64,000 nucleotides of DNA from an uncultured Acidobacteriota bacterium (lineage in GTDB: Bacteria > Acidobacteriota > Thermoanaerobaculia > UBA5066). Shown here piece after piece: positions 38,001-48,274 of the stretch (position 1 is the stretch's first letter; each line of letters starts with the position of its first letter). Location of the stretch: positions 548,338 to 612,337 of the forward strand of contig CAVRJB010000013.1 in the NCBI GenBank assembly GCA_963721385.1, written 5' to 3'. The notes under the pieces are model-generated. The model was not told the origin of the DNA, made no database searches, and saw nothing but the letters and a program-made list of their open reading frames with translations. Position numbers and translations under genes: made by a program.

Positions 38001-39619
38001 AGGACGCCCGGCGGCCGACGTCCGGACGCGAGGCGGTCTGGTCCCGGCTATCTGCGCCGTGGGATCTGCTGATCATCGGCGGGGGGATCACGGGGGCCGG
38101 AATCCTCCGCGAGGCGACGCGCTCCGGCCTTTCCGCCCTCCTCGTCGAACAGCGCGACTTCGGGTCGGGCACCTCCAGCCGCTCCTCGAAGCTGGTCCAC
38201 GGCGGGCTCCGGTATCTCAAGCAGGGGAACCTCCGATTGACGAGCGAGTCCGTGCACGAGCGGGAGCGGCTCGTCCGCGAGGGGCCGGGCCTCGTGGAGC
38301 GCCTCGGCTTCGTCCTCGCGAGCTACCCCGGCGACCGCCCGGGACGGCTCGTGTACGGCACGGGCCTCCTCGTCTACGACTTCCTCGCGGGCCGATGGAA
38401 TCACCGCCATCTCTCGGCCGAGGAGCTCCGGACCCTCGCGCCACGGATCTCCACCGAGGGCCTCCGGGGCGGATTCTGGTTCGGCGACGCCGAGACGGAT
38501 GACGCGCGCCTCGTCTTCCGCGTGATCCGGGAGGCCGTGAGGGGCGGCGCGGCCGCGCTCAACTACGCCGCGGTCGAGGATCTGCTGGTCCACCGCGGCG
38601 AGGTCGTCGGCGCCACCGTGCGGGATGGACTCAGCGACCGGGCGTTCGAAGTCCGCGCCCGCGCCGTCGTCAACGCGACCGGGGCGTGGGCCGACGCCTC
38701 CGGGCGAAGGCCGGTGCGGCCGCACGGCTCCGGCCTCTGCGCGGGAGCCATCTCGTCTTTCCGGCCTGGCGTCTTCCCGCCCCGCAGGCGACCAGCTTTC
38801 TTCACCCGCGCGATCACCGCCCTCTCTTCGTCGTCCCGTGGGAAGGGGTCACGATCTTCGGAACGACGGACGTGGATCACGGAAGGCCCCCCGACGAGGA
38901 GCCGGCGATCGGTGCGGAGGAGGCGGCGTATCTGATGGAAGCCCTGACGGCCCGTTTCCCGTCGCTCGACCTCACGCCTTCGTGACGCCCTTGCGACCTT
39001 CAGCGGCGTTCGCCCGATCATCGGCACCGGGAAGAAGGACCCTTCGAAGGAGTCGCGGGACCATGCCATCTGGGAAGAGCGCGGCCTCGTGACCGTCACC
39101 GGCGGAAAGCTGACGACGTTCCGGCTGGTCGCTCTCGCCACCCTCCGGGCCCTCCGCAGGCGCCTTTCGGGACCGGTCCGTCTCGACGAGTCGTCGGCGA
39201 TCCTGGACCCGGTGCCGGACGTTCTCCCCGGCGGCCCCTCGCTCGACGCGGGGCAATGCCGCCGCCTTCTCGGCCGTTACGGCCTCGAGGCTGGCCAGGT
39301 CGTCGCGTCCGCGAAGCCCGGCGAGCTCACGCCCTTCCCGTCGACGACCGTCCTCCCCGCCGAGATCCGCTGGGGCGCCCGCACCGAGTGCGTCGTTCAT
39401 CTCGACGACCTGCTTCTGCGGCGCGTCCGCCTCGGCCTCGTGGCGGCTCAGGGAGGCGCGGCGCATCTACCCGTGATCGGCGAGATCTGCCGGGACGAGC
39501 TGGGCTGGGACAAATCGCGGTGGGAGGCGGAGGAGCGCGCCTACCGGCAGCTCTGGCAGGGGCAGCATGGCGTCCCGCCCGAAGGGCAGAAGGGGGTGCC
39601 GACATGGGCCGGGAACTGA
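37997..39619 (+). CDS. glpD: FAD-dependent glycerol-3-phosphate dehydrogenase/oxidase; reading frame interrupted twice
   Basis: The GTG at 37997 forms a GTGA overlap with the upstream stop. Sequence: [53 protein letters not shown]...[10 protein letters not shown]. At about 38693-38698 one nucleotide is missing. It then reads [25 protein letters not shown]...[20 protein letters not shown]...SLDLTPS. At about 38981-38984 there is one extra nucleotide. It then reads [47 protein letters not shown]... to the stop at 39619. Confidence 0.75.
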
Positions 39620-41166
39620 TCCTCGCGCTCGACGCCGGGACCCAGAGCGTCCGGGCCCTGGTCTTCGACCTTTCGGGGGAGCTCGTCGCCAAGGCGCGCG
39701 TCCCGATCACGCCCTACGTCTCGCCGCGGCCGGGGTGGGCCGAACAGCGGCCCGAGGTCTACTGGGAGGCGCTCGTCGCGGCCTGCGGCGCGCTCTGGTC
39801 CGGGGGCACAGCCCGTCCCGGGGACGTGGCCGGCCTGGCTCTGACGACACAGCGGGCGACGATGGTCAACGTGGACCCGGAGGGACGCCCCCTCCGTCCC
39901 GCGATCGTCTGGCTGGACCAGCGTCGTGCGGAAGGCGTCCCGCGGCTCTCGGGACTCTGGGGCCTCGCGTTCAAGGCCATCGGAATGTCCCGGACCGTGG
40001 CCCAGTTCCAGGCCGACGCGGAGGCGAACTGGATCCGGGCGAACGAGCCCGATGTCTTTCGGCGGACGCACAAGTTCCTCTTCCTGTCCGGGTACCTCAC
40101 GCACCGTCTGACGGGCCGCTTCGTCGACTCCGTCGGCTGCCAGGTCGGATACGTCCCCTTCGACTACCGGCGGCTCCGTTGGGCCCGCGCCGGTGACTGG
40201 AAGTGGAAGGCCGTTTCCGTCGAAAGGGAACAGCTGCCCGATCTCGTTCCGCCCGGCCAGCCTCTCGGCGAGTTGACCTCCGACGCGGCCGAGGCGACGG
40301 GGCTTCCCCCGGGCCTCCCGGTCATCGCGGCGGCGGCGGACAAGGCCTGCGAAGTCATCGGCGCCGGCTGCCTCTCGCCCGAGGTCGGCTGCCTGAGCTA
40401 CGGCACGACGGCCACCATCAACACGACCCACCGCCGTTACATCGAGCCGTACCCGCTGTTTCCCCCGTATCCCGCCGCCGTGCCCGGCGCCTACAGCCTG
40501 GAGATCCAGATCTACCGCGGGTACTGGATGGTCAGCTGGTTCCGCGACGAGTTCGGCGACCGAGAGGCGGCCCTTGCGCGGGAGCGGGGAATCGAGCCGG
40601 AGAGCCTCTTCGACGAGCTGGTCCGTCAGGTTCCACCCGGCTCGATGGGTCTCGTCCTCCAGCCCTACTGGTCGCCCGGCGTGAAGGTGCCCGGCCCCGA
40701 GGCGAAAGGCGCCGTGATCGGCTTCGGCGACGTCCACACGCGCGCGCATCTCTATCGAGCCATTCTGGAGGGGCTCGCCTACGCGCTGCGCGACGGCAAG
40801 GAGCGCTGCGAACGGCGTAGCGGCGTTCCGATCACCGAGCTTCGCGTGGCCGGGGGAGGCTCTCAGAGCGACGCCGCGCTTCAGATCACGGCCGACGTCT
40901 TCGGCCTGCCGGTCGGCCGCCCGCACGTCTACGAAGCCTCGGGGCTGGGCGCCGCCATCGACGCGTCCGTCGGCCTCGGCCTCCACCGGGACTTCGACGC
41001 CGCCGTGAAATCGATGACGCGCGTGGGGCGGGTCTTCTCTCCCGATCCCGCGACCTCGGCCCTCTACGGCGAGCTCTATTCGCGCGTCTACCGGCAGATG
41101 TACGCGCGCTTGAAGCCGCTCTACAACGAGATCCGCGCGATCACCGGCTACCCGCCGGGCCGATGA
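39604..41166 (+). CDS. FGGY-family carbohydrate kinase (glycerol/xylulose kinase-like)
   Basis: [23 protein letters not shown]...[13 protein letters not shown]...[11 protein letters not shown]...PAIVWLDQR...[26 protein letters not shown]...EASGLGAAI. It overlaps the glpD 3' end by 16 nt. Confidence 0.8.
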   Translation: MGRELILALDAGTQSVRALVFDLSGELVAKARVPITPYVSPRPGWAEQRPEVYWEALVAACGALWSGGTARPGDVAGLALTTQRATMVNVDPEGRPLRPAIVWLDQRRAEGVPRLSGLWGLAFKAIGMSRTVAQFQADAEANWIRANEPDVFRRTHKFLFLSGYLTHRLTGRFVDSVGCQVGYVPFDYRRLRWARAGDWKWKAVSVEREQLPDLVPPGQPLGELTSDAAEATGLPPGLPVIAAAADKACEVIGAGCLSPEVGCLSYGTTATINTTHRRYIEPYPLFPPYPAAVPGAYSLEIQIYRGYWMVSWFRDEFGDREAALARERGIEPESLFDELVRQVPPGSMGLVLQPYWSPGVKVPGPEAKGAVIGFGDVHTRAHLYRAILEGLAYALRDGKERCERRSGVPITELRVAGGGSQSDAALQITADVFGLPVGRPHVYEASGLGAAIDASVGLGLHRDFDAAVKSMTRVGRVFSPDPATSALYGELYSRVYRQMYARLKPLYNEIRAITGYPPGR

Positions 41167-41226
41167 AGGCCACCCTATAATCCGCCGGTCTTCGCGCCGC
41201 CCGGCGCGTGCCCGCAAGGAGACCCC

Positions 41227-42651
41227 GTGAGCCCATCGCCCTTCTCCTACGACCTCGTCATCATCGGCTCCGGGCCCGGCGGCTACGTCGCGGCGATCCG
41301 GGCCGCCCAGCTCGGCCTCCGGACCGCGATCGTCGAGAAGGACGCGAAGGTTCCGGGCGTCGGACTCGGCGGCAACTGTCTCCACCGCGGCTGCATCCCG
41401 ACGAAGGCGATGCTCAAGTCCGCGACGCTCCTGACCGAGGCGCGCGACGCGGCGGAGTTCGGCGTGAAGACCGCCGGCGTCGAGCTCGACTTCCCCGCCG
41501 TCGCGAAGTTCCGCGACAAGGTCGTGATCAAGGGCGCGCGGGGCGTCGAGTACCAGATGAAGAAGAACAAGGTGGACGTCCACGCAGGGCGCGGGCGCCT
41601 TGCGGGCCCGAACGCCGTGATCGTGACCAGCGACGGCGGCGAGACCCGGCTCGAGGCGAAGAACGTCCTGATCGCGACCGGATCCGTCCCGCGCGATCTC
41701 CCCTTCCTGAAGGCCGACGGGCACCGGATCCTGAACTCCGACCACATCCTGAAGTCGACGTCCGTCCCGACGTCGCTCCTCGTCATCGGCTCGGGGGCCG
41801 TCGGCGCCGAGTTCGCGTCGTGCTTCTCCCGGTACGGGACGAAGACCATCCTCGTCGAGGTCCTCCCGCGCCTCCTTCCGGTCGAGGACGAGGAGATCTC
41901 GCGGGAGATCGAGAAGTCGTTCCGGAAAAAGAAGATCGAATGCCACGTGAAGACCGGGGTGGAGTCGGCCACGCCCGACGCCGACGGGACCGTCACCGTC
42001 GCCGCAAAGGGGCCCGACGGCGCCCCGCTCTCCTGGACGGTCGAAAAGGTGCTGCTCGCGGTCGGGCGGAAGCCGGTGACCGAGGGAATCGGCCTCGAGA
42101 CCGCGGGCATCGTGACGGACCGCGGCTATGTCGTCGTCGACAAGTGGCAGCGGACGAACGTGCCGAACGTCTGGGCCATCGGGGACGTCACGCCGACGAT
42201 CTGGCTCGCGCACGTCGCCTCCGCCGAGGGAATCGTCGCGGCGGAGATGATGGCCGGCTACCCGACGTACGCGATCAATCGCGACCAGGTGCCCGGCTGC
42301 ACCTACTGCGACCCGGAGGTCGCGTCGATCGGGCTGACGGAGGCGAAGGCCCGCGAACGCGGCTACGACGTCGCCGTCGGCAGATTCGGCTTCCAGGTCC
42401 TCGCGAAGAGCGCCATGGAGCACACGAACGAGGGGTTCGTGAAGGTCGTCTCGGAGAAGAAGTACGACGAGATCCTCGGCGTCCACATCATCGGGCCGCA
42501 TGCGACGGAGCTGATCTCGGAGGCCGCCGCCCTCCTCCGCTGCGAGGCGACGACCGAGGAGATGATCCGGACGATCCACGCGCACCCGACGCTGTCCGAG
42601 GCGATGCACGAGGCGGCGGAGGCGGTCCACGGCCACAACATTCATGGATAA
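41227..42651 (+). CDS. lpdA: dihydrolipoyl dehydrogenase (E3)
   Basis: ORF of 474 aa: YDLVIIGSGPGGYVAAIRAAQLG, redox-active disulfide GGNCLHRGCIPTKAML, LLVIGSGAVGAEFA, and C-terminal HAHPTLSEAMHEAA. Confidence 0.9.
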   Translation: MSPSPFSYDLVIIGSGPGGYVAAIRAAQLGLRTAIVEKDAKVPGVGLGGNCLHRGCIPTKAMLKSATLLTEARDAAEFGVKTAGVELDFPAVAKFRDKVVIKGARGVEYQMKKNKVDVHAGRGRLAGPNAVIVTSDGGETRLEAKNVLIATGSVPRDLPFLKADGHRILNSDHILKSTSVPTSLLVIGSGAVGAEFASCFSRYGTKTILVEVLPRLLPVEDEEISREIEKSFRKKKIECHVKTGVESATPDADGTVTVAAKGPDGAPLSWTVEKVLLAVGRKPVTEGIGLETAGIVTDRGYVVVDKWQRTNVPNVWAIGDVTPTIWLAHVASAEGIVAAEMMAGYPTYAINRDQVPGCTYCDPEVASIGLTEAKARERGYDVAVGRFGFQVLAKSAMEHTNEGFVKVVSEKKYDEILGVHIIGPHATELISEAAALLRCEATTEEMIRTIHAHPTLSEAMHEAAEAVHGHNIHG

Positions 42652-44152
42652 GGGGCCGTCTTCGGCGGCCCCTCGAACCCCCGGCACGGCTGACACGGCC
42701 GGGGGCCTCGTTCGGCATGTCCTCGACGTCGGAGCCGCGGTCCTCGCGATCGCCGGGGCGACGGCCATCGGCCGGCTCGCGGGCACGAACGCCACGACCA
42801 CCGGCTTCCTCTTCCTGATCGTCGTCCTCGGCGTGGCGGTCGGGCGCGGCCTCGTGGCGGGGACGATCGCCTCGCTGGCTGGCACGGTGGCCTTCAACTA
42901 CTTCTTCCTGCCGCCCGTCGGGACCCTCACCATTGCCGACCCGTCGAACTGGGTGGCTCTCGCGGCGTTTCTCGTCGCCTCCACCGTCGCCAGCCGGCTC
43001 GTGGCGCGGGCCCGGCAGCAAGCCGCCGATGCCGAGGCACGGCGGGCCGAGGTCGAGGCGCTTTACGACCTCTCGGTCGACCTCTTCACCGCGACGAACC
43101 GGGTGGGCGCGCTCGGCCTCGCGGCCGGGCGGGCACTCCGGACGATCGGCGCGGCGGGGGGCGGCCTCGTCCTGTTCCGCGAAGGGCCCGTCAGGGCCGA
43201 GGTGATCTTCGACGTCGGTGGATCACTCCGGCCGGACGACCCGCTCGTGGATGCCGTCGGGCGGAACGGCGAGACGGTGGAGGTGCCCGCCGCCGGCTTC
43301 TCCCGTGACGTCTACCTCCCCCTCGGGGTCGGCGGCAAACCGAACGGCGTCCTCGTGGCGCGGGGAACGCGGGCCGAGCGGACGGCCCTTGAGTCAGTCG
43401 GACGGCTCGTCGCGCTGGCTGTCGAGCGCGAGCGGTTCCTCCGCGAGCGAACGGCCATGGAGGCCCTCCGGGAAAGCGAGTCGTTGAAGACGTCCCTGCT
43501 CCGCGCGGTCTCGCACGATCTCCGGACGCCGATCACCGCGATACGGATCGGCCTCGAGCGGCTCCGGAGGAACGCCGGCGCCGAAGAAGCCGTGAACGAG
43601 GTCGCCCGCGAGACGGAGAGGTTGTCGCGGCGCATCGACAACCTCCTCGCCATGGCGCGCCTCGACGCCGGCACGTTCCTCCCGAAGCCGGAGCCTTCGC
43701 CCGCGGCCGACCTCTTCCGTGCCGCGATCGAGAGCCTGTCGCTCGTGGTCCAAGGGCGCGCCGTCGAGGTCTCGATCGCGCCGGAGACGCCCGATCTCCT
43801 CGTCGACCCGGCCCTCGCCGTCGAGATCCTGTCGAACCTCCTCGAGAACGCCGCCCGCGTTTCGGCCCCCGAGGCGCCCCTCGAGCTCTCGGCGGCGCCG
43901 GCGCCTCTCGAGCCGGGTCGGGTCCGCCTCGAAGTGCTCGACCGCGGCCCGGGCGTTCCCACCGCGGTGAAGCGCGCGGTCACCGCGCGGGTGGAATCCG
44001 GCGATACCGGCCGGACGGGGCTGGGGCTCGAGATCTGCCGGTCTCTGTCGCGCGCCCTCGGCGGGAGCGTCAGCCTCGCCGATCGGCCAGGAGGAGGGAC
44101 GGTCGCCCGGATCGACCTTCCGGCGGTTCCCGCGGCCGGAGACCCGGGATGA
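42644..44152 (+). CDS. kdpD: sensor histidine kinase corresponding to the C-terminal half of KdpD (DUF4118 membrane domain - GAF-like - HisKA - HATPase); lacks the KdpD N-terminal/USP domains
   Basis: ORF of 502 aa: TTTGFLFLIVVLGVAVGRGLVAGTIASLAGTVAFNYFFLPPVGTLTIADPSNWVALAAFLVASTVASRLV (KdpD-type TM block). It has an H-box (SLKTSLLRAVSHDLRTPITAI) and N/G boxes (LSNLLENAARVS, DRGPGVP, GTGLGLEICRSL). It is followed by kdpE with an ATGA overlap. Confidence 0.8.
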   Translation: MDKGPSSAAPRTPGTADTAGGLVRHVLDVGAAVLAIAGATAIGRLAGTNATTTGFLFLIVVLGVAVGRGLVAGTIASLAGTVAFNYFFLPPVGTLTIADPSNWVALAAFLVASTVASRLVARARQQAADAEARRAEVEALYDLSVDLFTATNRVGALGLAAGRALRTIGAAGGGLVLFREGPVRAEVIFDVGGSLRPDDPLVDAVGRNGETVEVPAAGFSRDVYLPLGVGGKPNGVLVARGTRAERTALESVGRLVALAVERERFLRERTAMEALRESESLKTSLLRAVSHDLRTPITAIRIGLERLRRNAGAEEAVNEVARETERLSRRIDNLLAMARLDAGTFLPKPEPSPAADLFRAAIESLSLVVQGRAVEVSIAPETPDLLVDPALAVEILSNLLENAARVSAPEAPLELSAAPAPLEPGRVRLEVLDRGPGVPTAVKRAVTARVESGDTGRTGLGLEICRSLSRALGGSVSLADRPGGGTVARIDLPAVPAAGDPG

Positions 44153-44858
44153 TCCGAGCCGCCCACGCGCCGCGGATCCTCGTCGTGGACGACGATCCCG
44201 GCATCCGGCGAGCCCTCCACGCCGAGTTGCAGGCAGCGGGCTACGACGTCATCGAGGCGGCGGAAGGCGACGAGGGGCTCCGCCGGTTCGAGGCGGAGGC
44301 CCCCGACCTCGTCCTGACCGACCTCGCGATGCCGGGAACGGACGGGTACGACCTGATCGCCTCCGTACGGCGGCGCGCGAGGACTCCGATCGTCGTCCTG
44401 TCGGTCCGCGGCGGGGAGGCGGACAAGGTGCGCTCCCTCGACCTCGGAGCCGACGACTACGTCACGAAACCGTTCTCCGTCCATGAGCTGCTCGCCCGCG
44501 TCCGGGCGCAGCTCCGGCGGACCCGGGACGACGCGGCGCCCGGCTCCCTGGAGTTCCCGGGCCTCGTCATCGACCGCGAGCGGCACCTCGTCGTCGTCGA
44601 GGGGCGCGAGGTGCGCCTGACGCCGACCGAGTTCTCGATCCTGGAGTTCCTCGCCTCCCGCGCCGGAAAGCCGGTCACGATCGCCCAGATCATCGGCCGC
44701 GTCTGGCACGGTGCGCCGGGGACGACGCCCGACGTCGTCCGCGTCCACGTCGGCTCGCTACGGAAGAAGATCGACGACCGCCCGACCCGGCCCGGCCCCG
44801 ATTCCTCGTCACAGAGCCCTGGGTCGGCTACCGCTTTGTCGTTGAACCTATTGACTGA
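44149..44858 (+). CDS. kdpE: OmpR-family response regulator KdpE; C-terminal frame interrupted once
   Basis: RILVVDDDPGIRRAL...DLVLTDLAMPGTDG...VLSVRGGEADKVRSLDLGADDYVTKPF is followed by a winged helix (VRLTPTEFSILEFLASRAGKPVTIAQII...VRVHVGSLRKKI). After the C/G runs at 44781-44800 the conserved ending PRFLVTEPWVGYRFVVEPID-stop (TGA 44856-44858) lies in the -1 frame, meaning one nucleotide is missing. The track ORF instead runs on to 44880 with unrelated sequence. Confidence 0.8.
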
Positions 44859-45177
44859 AAAGGGGTTTCACCGCCTTTAGGGATTCTTTCGGCCTCCTTC
44901 CGGACTTCTTGGGGAGGTCGGCCGCAAGTTCCCGGCGTGAACACGGAGACCCAAGTCCCACCCACCGAACCTACTTCAGGCCTTCCTCCTCGTCGCTCTG
45001 GCGATCGCGTCGCTCGTCGGCGGCGCCGCGGTGGCGCTCTACGTCGACGGATTCGCATGTCTGGCCGTCGTCCTCGCCGGCTTCGGAGGCTATCTCGCGC
45101 TCTTCGCGGCCGCGCTTCGCCGGTTCGGCGGGGACTGGGATCGCTGGCGCGAGCCAGACTCGGAATGGCGCTCCGGC

Positions 45178-46356
45178 ATGCGGCGCCCGTCGGGCGGAAA
45201 GCGCGGAAGCGGCGCCCTGCGCCTGGCCGCCACGACGATCCTCTCGGCGGCCGTGGCCCTCCCACTCGTCGGCGAGGAGGCCCCGACTCCCAGGCCGACG
45301 CCGGCGCCCGTAGCCGCCGAGTCCGCGGCTCCTGCCGAAAAGCCCTGGTACCAGGAGATCACCGTCAACGGCTTCCTCTCGGTCTGGTACGAGTACAACA
45401 CCAACCGCCCGGCCTCGGGCCGCAACCAGTACCGCGTCTTCGACTATCTGGACAACAGCGTGAGCGTCGACGCGGCCGAGATCGTCGTCCAGAAAGCCGT
45501 CGAGAAGCCCGGCGACGTCGGCTTCCGAGTCGACGCCGTCGCCGGCAACGTGGCGAGGGTCTCGTCGGCCGCCGGCCTCTTCCAGGGCCAGGACTTCGAC
45601 CTCCAGCAGGCCACCGTCAGCTGGATCGCCCCCGTCGGCAGCGGCCTGCGCCTCGACTTCGGCAAGTTCATCACCCACATGGGCAACGAGGTGATCGAGG
45701 GGTACGACGGCTGGAACGACAACGCCACCCGCTCCTTCGTCTTCGGCTACGCCATCCCCTTCACCCACACCGGCCTGAAGGCCACCACGTCGTTCGGGGA
45801 CCAGCTCACGGCCATGCTGGTCCTCTGCAACGGCTGGGACGTCGTGCAGGACAACAACAGCGGCAAGTCCATTGGCGCCCAGCTCATCTGGACCCCCTCG
45901 AAGGCCGTCACGGTCACGGGGAACTACATGGGCGGCCCCGAGCAGCCCAACTCGACCGCGAACTGGCGCAACGTCGGCAACGTCGTGGCCCAGTGGAAGG
46001 CCACCGACCGGACGGTCTTCACCCTCGAGCTGACCTACGGGGGCGAGCCGAACGTCGTGACCAGCGGAGAGACGGCCACCTGGAGCGGGATCGTCGGCTA
46101 CGCGCGGTTCGGCCTCACCGACTGCTTCGCCCTCAGTCTACGCGGCGAGTACTTCGCCGACCCCGACGGCGCACGGACCGGCGTCCCCCAGTACCTCAAG
46201 GAGGTCACCCTGACCCCCGAATGGAAGATCTCCCGCCACTTCCTCGTCCGCGGCGACTTCCGCCTCGACTGGTCCAGCCGCGACGTCTTCGAGAAGAAGT
46301 CCGCCTTCACCGACACCCAGCCCACGATCCTCGCCAACGTGATCTACGTCTTCTGA
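45178..46356 (+). CDS. outer-membrane beta-barrel porin (OmpL-like / bbp2-type) encoded at the head of the kdp operon
   Basis: The internal ATG of ORF 45031..46356 gives the signal peptide MRRPSGGKRGSGALRLAATTILSAAVALPLVGEEA. The body is an alternating beta-strand pattern rich in Y/G/N/D/T (ITVNGFLSVWYEYNTN...RVDAVAG...LRLDFGKFITHMGNEVIEGY...) and ends with ILANVIYVF (C-terminal Phe). Confidence 0.65.
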   Translation: MRRPSGGKRGSGALRLAATTILSAAVALPLVGEEAPTPRPTPAPVAAESAAPAEKPWYQEITVNGFLSVWYEYNTNRPASGRNQYRVFDYLDNSVSVDAAEIVVQKAVEKPGDVGFRVDAVAGNVARVSSAAGLFQGQDFDLQQATVSWIAPVGSGLRLDFGKFITHMGNEVIEGYDGWNDNATRSFVFGYAIPFTHTGLKATTSFGDQLTAMLVLCNGWDVVQDNNSGKSIGAQLIWTPSKAVTVTGNYMGGPEQPNSTANWRNVGNVVAQWKATDRTVFTLELTYGGEPNVVTSGETATWSGIVGYARFGLTDCFALSLRGEYFADPDGARTGVPQYLKEVTLTPEWKISRHFLVRGDFRLDWSSRDVFEKKSAFTDTQPTILANVIYVF

Positions 46357-46367
46357 AAAGGAATCCG

Positions 46368-46451
46368 ATGCTCGACGTGATCTTCCTCCTCGCCACCGCC
46401 GCCCTCCTCGCCGCCTCGCTCTGGTACGCGAAGCGCTGCGACGAGCTGTGA
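46368..46451 (+). CDS. candidate 27-aa hydrophobic micropeptide upstream of kdpF
   Basis: My own translation gives MLDVIFLLATAALLAASLWYAKRCDEL-stop. An aaagga sequence lies 6 nt upstream. It has one predicted TM helix and I know of no homology. It is too short for the ORF track. Confidence 0.25.
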   Translation: MLDVIFLLATAALLAASLWYAKRCDEL

Positions 46452-46459
46452 GGGCCGTC

Positions 46460-46549
46460 ATGACTTTCGAAAGCGCTCTCGGCCTCGTCCTCGCCGTGGC
46501 CGCCCTCGCCTATCTCCTCTACGCCCTCGTGAAACCGGAAAAGCTCTGA
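46460..46549 (+). CDS. kdpF: K+-transporting ATPase subunit F
   Basis: My own translation gives MTFESALGLVLAVAALAYLLYALVKPEKL-stop (29 aa). This matches the KdpF pattern (single TM helix ending LxYLxxALxxPEKF/L). It ends 7 nt before the kdpA ATG. Confidence 0.6.
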   Translation: MTFESALGLVLAVAALAYLLYALVKPEKL

Positions 46550-46556
46550 GGCCCCG

Positions 46557-48265
46557 ATGAACGACGTCTTCCTGAAGACCGGCCTTTACTTTCTCCTGAT
46601 CCTCGCCGTCACGAAGCCGCTCGGTATCTACATGAAGCGAGTTTTCGCCGGCGAGCGGACGTTCCTCGACCCCGTCATAGGCCCGGTCGAGAAGCTCCTC
46701 TACCGCCTCGGCGGCGTCGGTTCCCTCAAGGACCAGACCTGGCTCCAGTACGGCGGGGCGATGCTGATCTTCAACGTCGTCGGCCTCGTCGTCGTCTACG
46801 CGATGCAGCGGCTGCAGCACCTCCTTCCCTTCAACCCCGACAAGCTCCCCGCCGTGCCGCCCGCCCTCGCCTGGAACACCGCCGTCTCGTTCACGACGAA
46901 CACGAACTGGCAGGCCTACTCCGGCGAGTCGACGATGTCCCACCTGACGCAGATGGCGGGCCTGACGATCCACAACTTCGTCTCGGCCGCAACGGGCATC
47001 GCGCTCGCCGTCGCCATCGTCCGCGGGATCGCGCGGACCGAGTCGAAGGGGATCGGCAACTTCTGGCAGGACCTCGTCCGGTCGACGCTCTGGGTCCTGC
47101 TTCCCATCAGCCTCGTCTCCGCGATCGTCCTGACGTCCCAGGGCGTGATCCAGAACTTCCAGCCGACCCGCGAGGTCACGACGCTCGAAGGGGCCGTCCA
47201 GAAGATCCCGGGCGGGCCCGTCGCCTCGCAGGAGTCGATCAAGGAGCTCGGGACGAACGGCGGCGGCTTCTTCAACGCGAACTCCGCCCACCCCTACGAG
47301 AACCCGACGCCGGCGACGAACCTCCTCGAGATGTTCCTGATCTTCGCGATCCCGGCCGGGCTGACGTACACGCTCGGCTCGATGACCGGGAAGCCGCGAC
47401 ACGGCTGGGCCGTCTTCTGGGCCATGGCGATCCTCTTCCTCGGCGCGGCCTTCGTCGCCGGATGGGCCGAGGTGCGGGGCAATCCGATTCACCACGCCCT
47501 CGGCGTCGCCGGCGGCGCCCGGGAACATGGAGGGGAAGGAGGTCCGGTTCGGGCCGGGCGACTCCGCCCTCTTCGCGACGATCACGACCGACGCCTCGTG
47601 CGGCGCCGTGAACTCGATGCACGACTCCTTCACGCCCCTCGGCGGCCTGGTCCCGCTCGTGAACATCCAGCTCGGCGAGATCGTCTTCGGCGGGGTCGGC
47701 GCCGGGCTCTACGGGATGTTCCTCTTCGTCGTCCTCTCGGTCTTCATCGCCGGCCTCATGGTCGGCCGGACGCCCGGAGTACCTCGGCAAGCGGATCGAG
47801 GCGCACGACGTCAAGCTCGCGATGCTCGCGGTCCTGATCCTGACGTTCTCGATCCTCGTCGGGACCGCGGCGGGCGTCGCGACGAAGGCCGGCCTCGCGA
47901 GCCTGAACAACGCCGGCCCCCACGGCCTGTCTGAGATCCTCTACGCCTACACGAGCGCGACCGGGAACAACGGCAGCGCGTTCGCCGGCCTGAACGCGAA
48001 CACCGACTTCTACAACGTGACGCTGGCCGTCGCGATGTTCTTCGGCCGCTTCTGGATGATCATCCCGCTCCTCGGCATCGCCGGCTCGCTCGCCGCCAAG
48101 AAGAAGGTCGCCGAGTCGGCGGGCACGTTCCCGGTCGACGGCCCGGTCTTCGTCTTCCTCCTCGTCAGCGTCATCCTGATCGTCGGCGCCCTCACGTTCT
48201 TCCCCGCCCTCTCGCTCGGACCGATCGTCGAGCACCTCCTGATGGGCGCCGGGAAGCTCTTCTGA
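46557..48265 (+). CDS. kdpA: K+-transporting ATPase subunit A; reading frame interrupted twice
   Basis: Three track ORFs read as one KdpA. ORF 46557.. gives [33 protein letters not shown]...[35 protein letters not shown]...[23 protein letters not shown]... up to ...[11 protein letters not shown] 47527.. gives [10 protein letters not shown]...[24 protein letters not shown]...[11 protein letters not shown] 47822.. gives [20 protein letters not shown]...[26 protein letters not shown]...GPIVEHLL. The junctions are at gcccggg (47517-47523) and ccc (47773-47775), each with one extra nucleotide. Confidence 0.85.
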
Positions 48266-48274
48266 TCGAAAGCC

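Noticed and set aside
44941-45177. An in-frame hydrophobic extension upstream of the porin (LQAFLLVALAIASLVGGAAVALYVDGFACLAVVLAGFGGYLALFAAAL...). It could be read as a two-TM N-terminal domain or as a separate small membrane protein.
   Set aside because: The only canonical start in it is the GTG at 45031. A porin with two N-terminal inner-membrane helices makes no topological sense, and a good signal peptide begins at the ATG at 45178. It is most likely open frame by GC bias inside the kdp promoter/leader. I kept it as a note only.
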